Shown here: positions 63,271-64,000 of the stretch, in pieces | Layout of the letters: each line of letters begins with the position of its first letter | Position numbering within the stretch: position 1 is the stretch's first letter | Source of the DNA: Candidatus Bathyarchaeum sp. | Lineage (GTDB): Archaea; Thermoproteota; Bathyarchaeia; Bathyarchaeales; Bathyarchaeaceae | NCBI GenBank assembly: GCA_026014565.1 | Contig: JAOZIB010000043.1 | Span: 5,854-69,853 of the forward strand | Direction of reading: 5' to 3' | Length of the DNA stretch: 64,000 nucleotides | Notes under the pieces: generated by a model | The model's input: only the letters and a program-made list of their open reading frames with translations | Told to the model about the DNA's origin: nothing | Databases searched by the model: none | Program-made: the position numbers and the translations under genes

Positions 63271-64000
63271 ATGGGAGCTAAGAACATTTTATCTCATAGT
63301 CTGAGAATTGCTTGGAAAGACCTACTAGAAGTTTTCAGGAACCGCTTGGGACTGGTCATGTTGATACTGATGCCAGTTTTTATGATGGTAATGGTTGGTT
63401 ACATTTATCCTTCTGGAAACTCTATGACCGACGTAAATGTTGCCTTGGTCAATGAAGACATTGGATATAATGGATACACCAATGCTAGTTTAGCATTAAC
63501 GGGCATCTTAGAAACCACAAGCAACAACATAGAAGGAATGAGCCTCACGTACGCATCAAGTTTTGATGATTTACGTGAAATGATTCAGCGAGGAGACGTA
63601 GATGCAGGAATCGTAATAGCAAAAAATTTCAGTTCAAGCGTAATGAATGGACAACAAGGAACTATCACATTAGTTACTGATCAGTCAAATATGCAGATGT
63701 CTTCGATGTTAGAAGCTGTTCTACAGGAAGTATTCGATCAATTGGGGACAATGTTAGCTCAACAGAACGTTCAAATGTTGGGTGTTGACCCAAACAATTC
63801 GTTAGCAATAGTACAGCCATACAATATCGAAACAGCTGGAGCTATAGAAGGCGAATTTAGTTATTTCGATTTCGTAGCACCTGGAATCATAGCAATGACC
63901 GTAATGATGAGCGTCATGACGGGACTTCCAGTAGCAATTTCAGAAGAAAGAGAAAGCGGCACACTTGACGGGATGATGGTAGCCCCCATCAATAGACTCT
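63271..64000 (+). CDS. ABC-2 type transporter permease (3' end beyond the window)
   Basis: ATG at 63271 and open to the window end. MGAKNILSHSLRIAWKDLLEVFRNRLGLVMLILMPVFMM parallels the 762..2024 permease. Absent from the ORF track because there is no stop in the window. Confidence 0.8.
   Translation, partial: MGAKNILSHSLRIAWKDLLEVFRNRLGLVMLILMPVFMMVMVGYIYPSGNSMTDVNVALVNEDIGYNGYTNASLALTGILETTSNNIEGMSLTYASSFDDLREMIQRGDVDAGIVIAKNFSSSVMNGQQGTITLVTDQSNMQMSSMLEAVLQEVFDQLGTMLAQQNVQMLGVDPNNSLAIVQPYNIETAGAIEGEFSYFDFVAPGIIAMTVMMSVMTGLPVAISEERESGTLDGMMVAPINRL

Overview
Dense, AT-rich archaeal chromosomal window, about 70 protein genes on both strands. No rRNA, tRNA, CRISPR array or transposase gene was seen. 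All calls come from reading the ORF translations and the DNA by eye; no homology search was run.

Archaeal identity rests on a conserved information-processing cluster at 50.8-59.3 kb: S6e, aIF2-gamma, PIN, Rpo7, Spt4, DUF359, S24e, S27ae, uS19. GatD/GatE, EndA, NucS, NreA, Elp3, archaeal-type GlyRS and TIM support it. Lineage cannot be fixed from this window. The PEF-CTERM surface protein and the gene content fit an uncultured Bathyarchaeia- or Asgard-like archaeon, but that is inference.

Metabolic content:
- A scattered glycogen set: alpha-glucan phosphorylase, GH57, debranching enzyme and two GT4 glycosyltransferases, plus PGI/PMI and TIM.
- hcp with an ArsR-family regulator and an Nfu-domain protein.
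- A cbiMNQO cobalt ECF transporter.
- A 2-oxoacid:ferredoxin oxidoreductase with its ferredoxin.
- Two paralogous ABC-2 exporter pairs, one at each window edge, both truncated. The right-hand pair sits next to a PadR regulator.

I found no clear multi-gene novel system (defence or otherwise). The features least explained by ordinary annotation are non-coding:
1. A 577-bp ORF-free gap upstream of aIF2-gamma, carrying three tandem units (~155-170 bp apart) built around a conserved C-rich core, a clear hairpin in the outer two.
2. A 106-bp element with 23-nt imperfect terminal inverted repeats (structured RNA or MITE) at 45.7 kb.
3. A candidate C/D-box sRNA at 44.5 kb.

Protein-level oddities:
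- A YHS/TRASH motif fused to the glucan phosphorylase.
- A SecB-like small protein beside the ribosomal protein genes.
- A membrane-anchored acetolactate decarboxylase homolog.
- A decayed wHTH paralog.
- Several orphan proteins.
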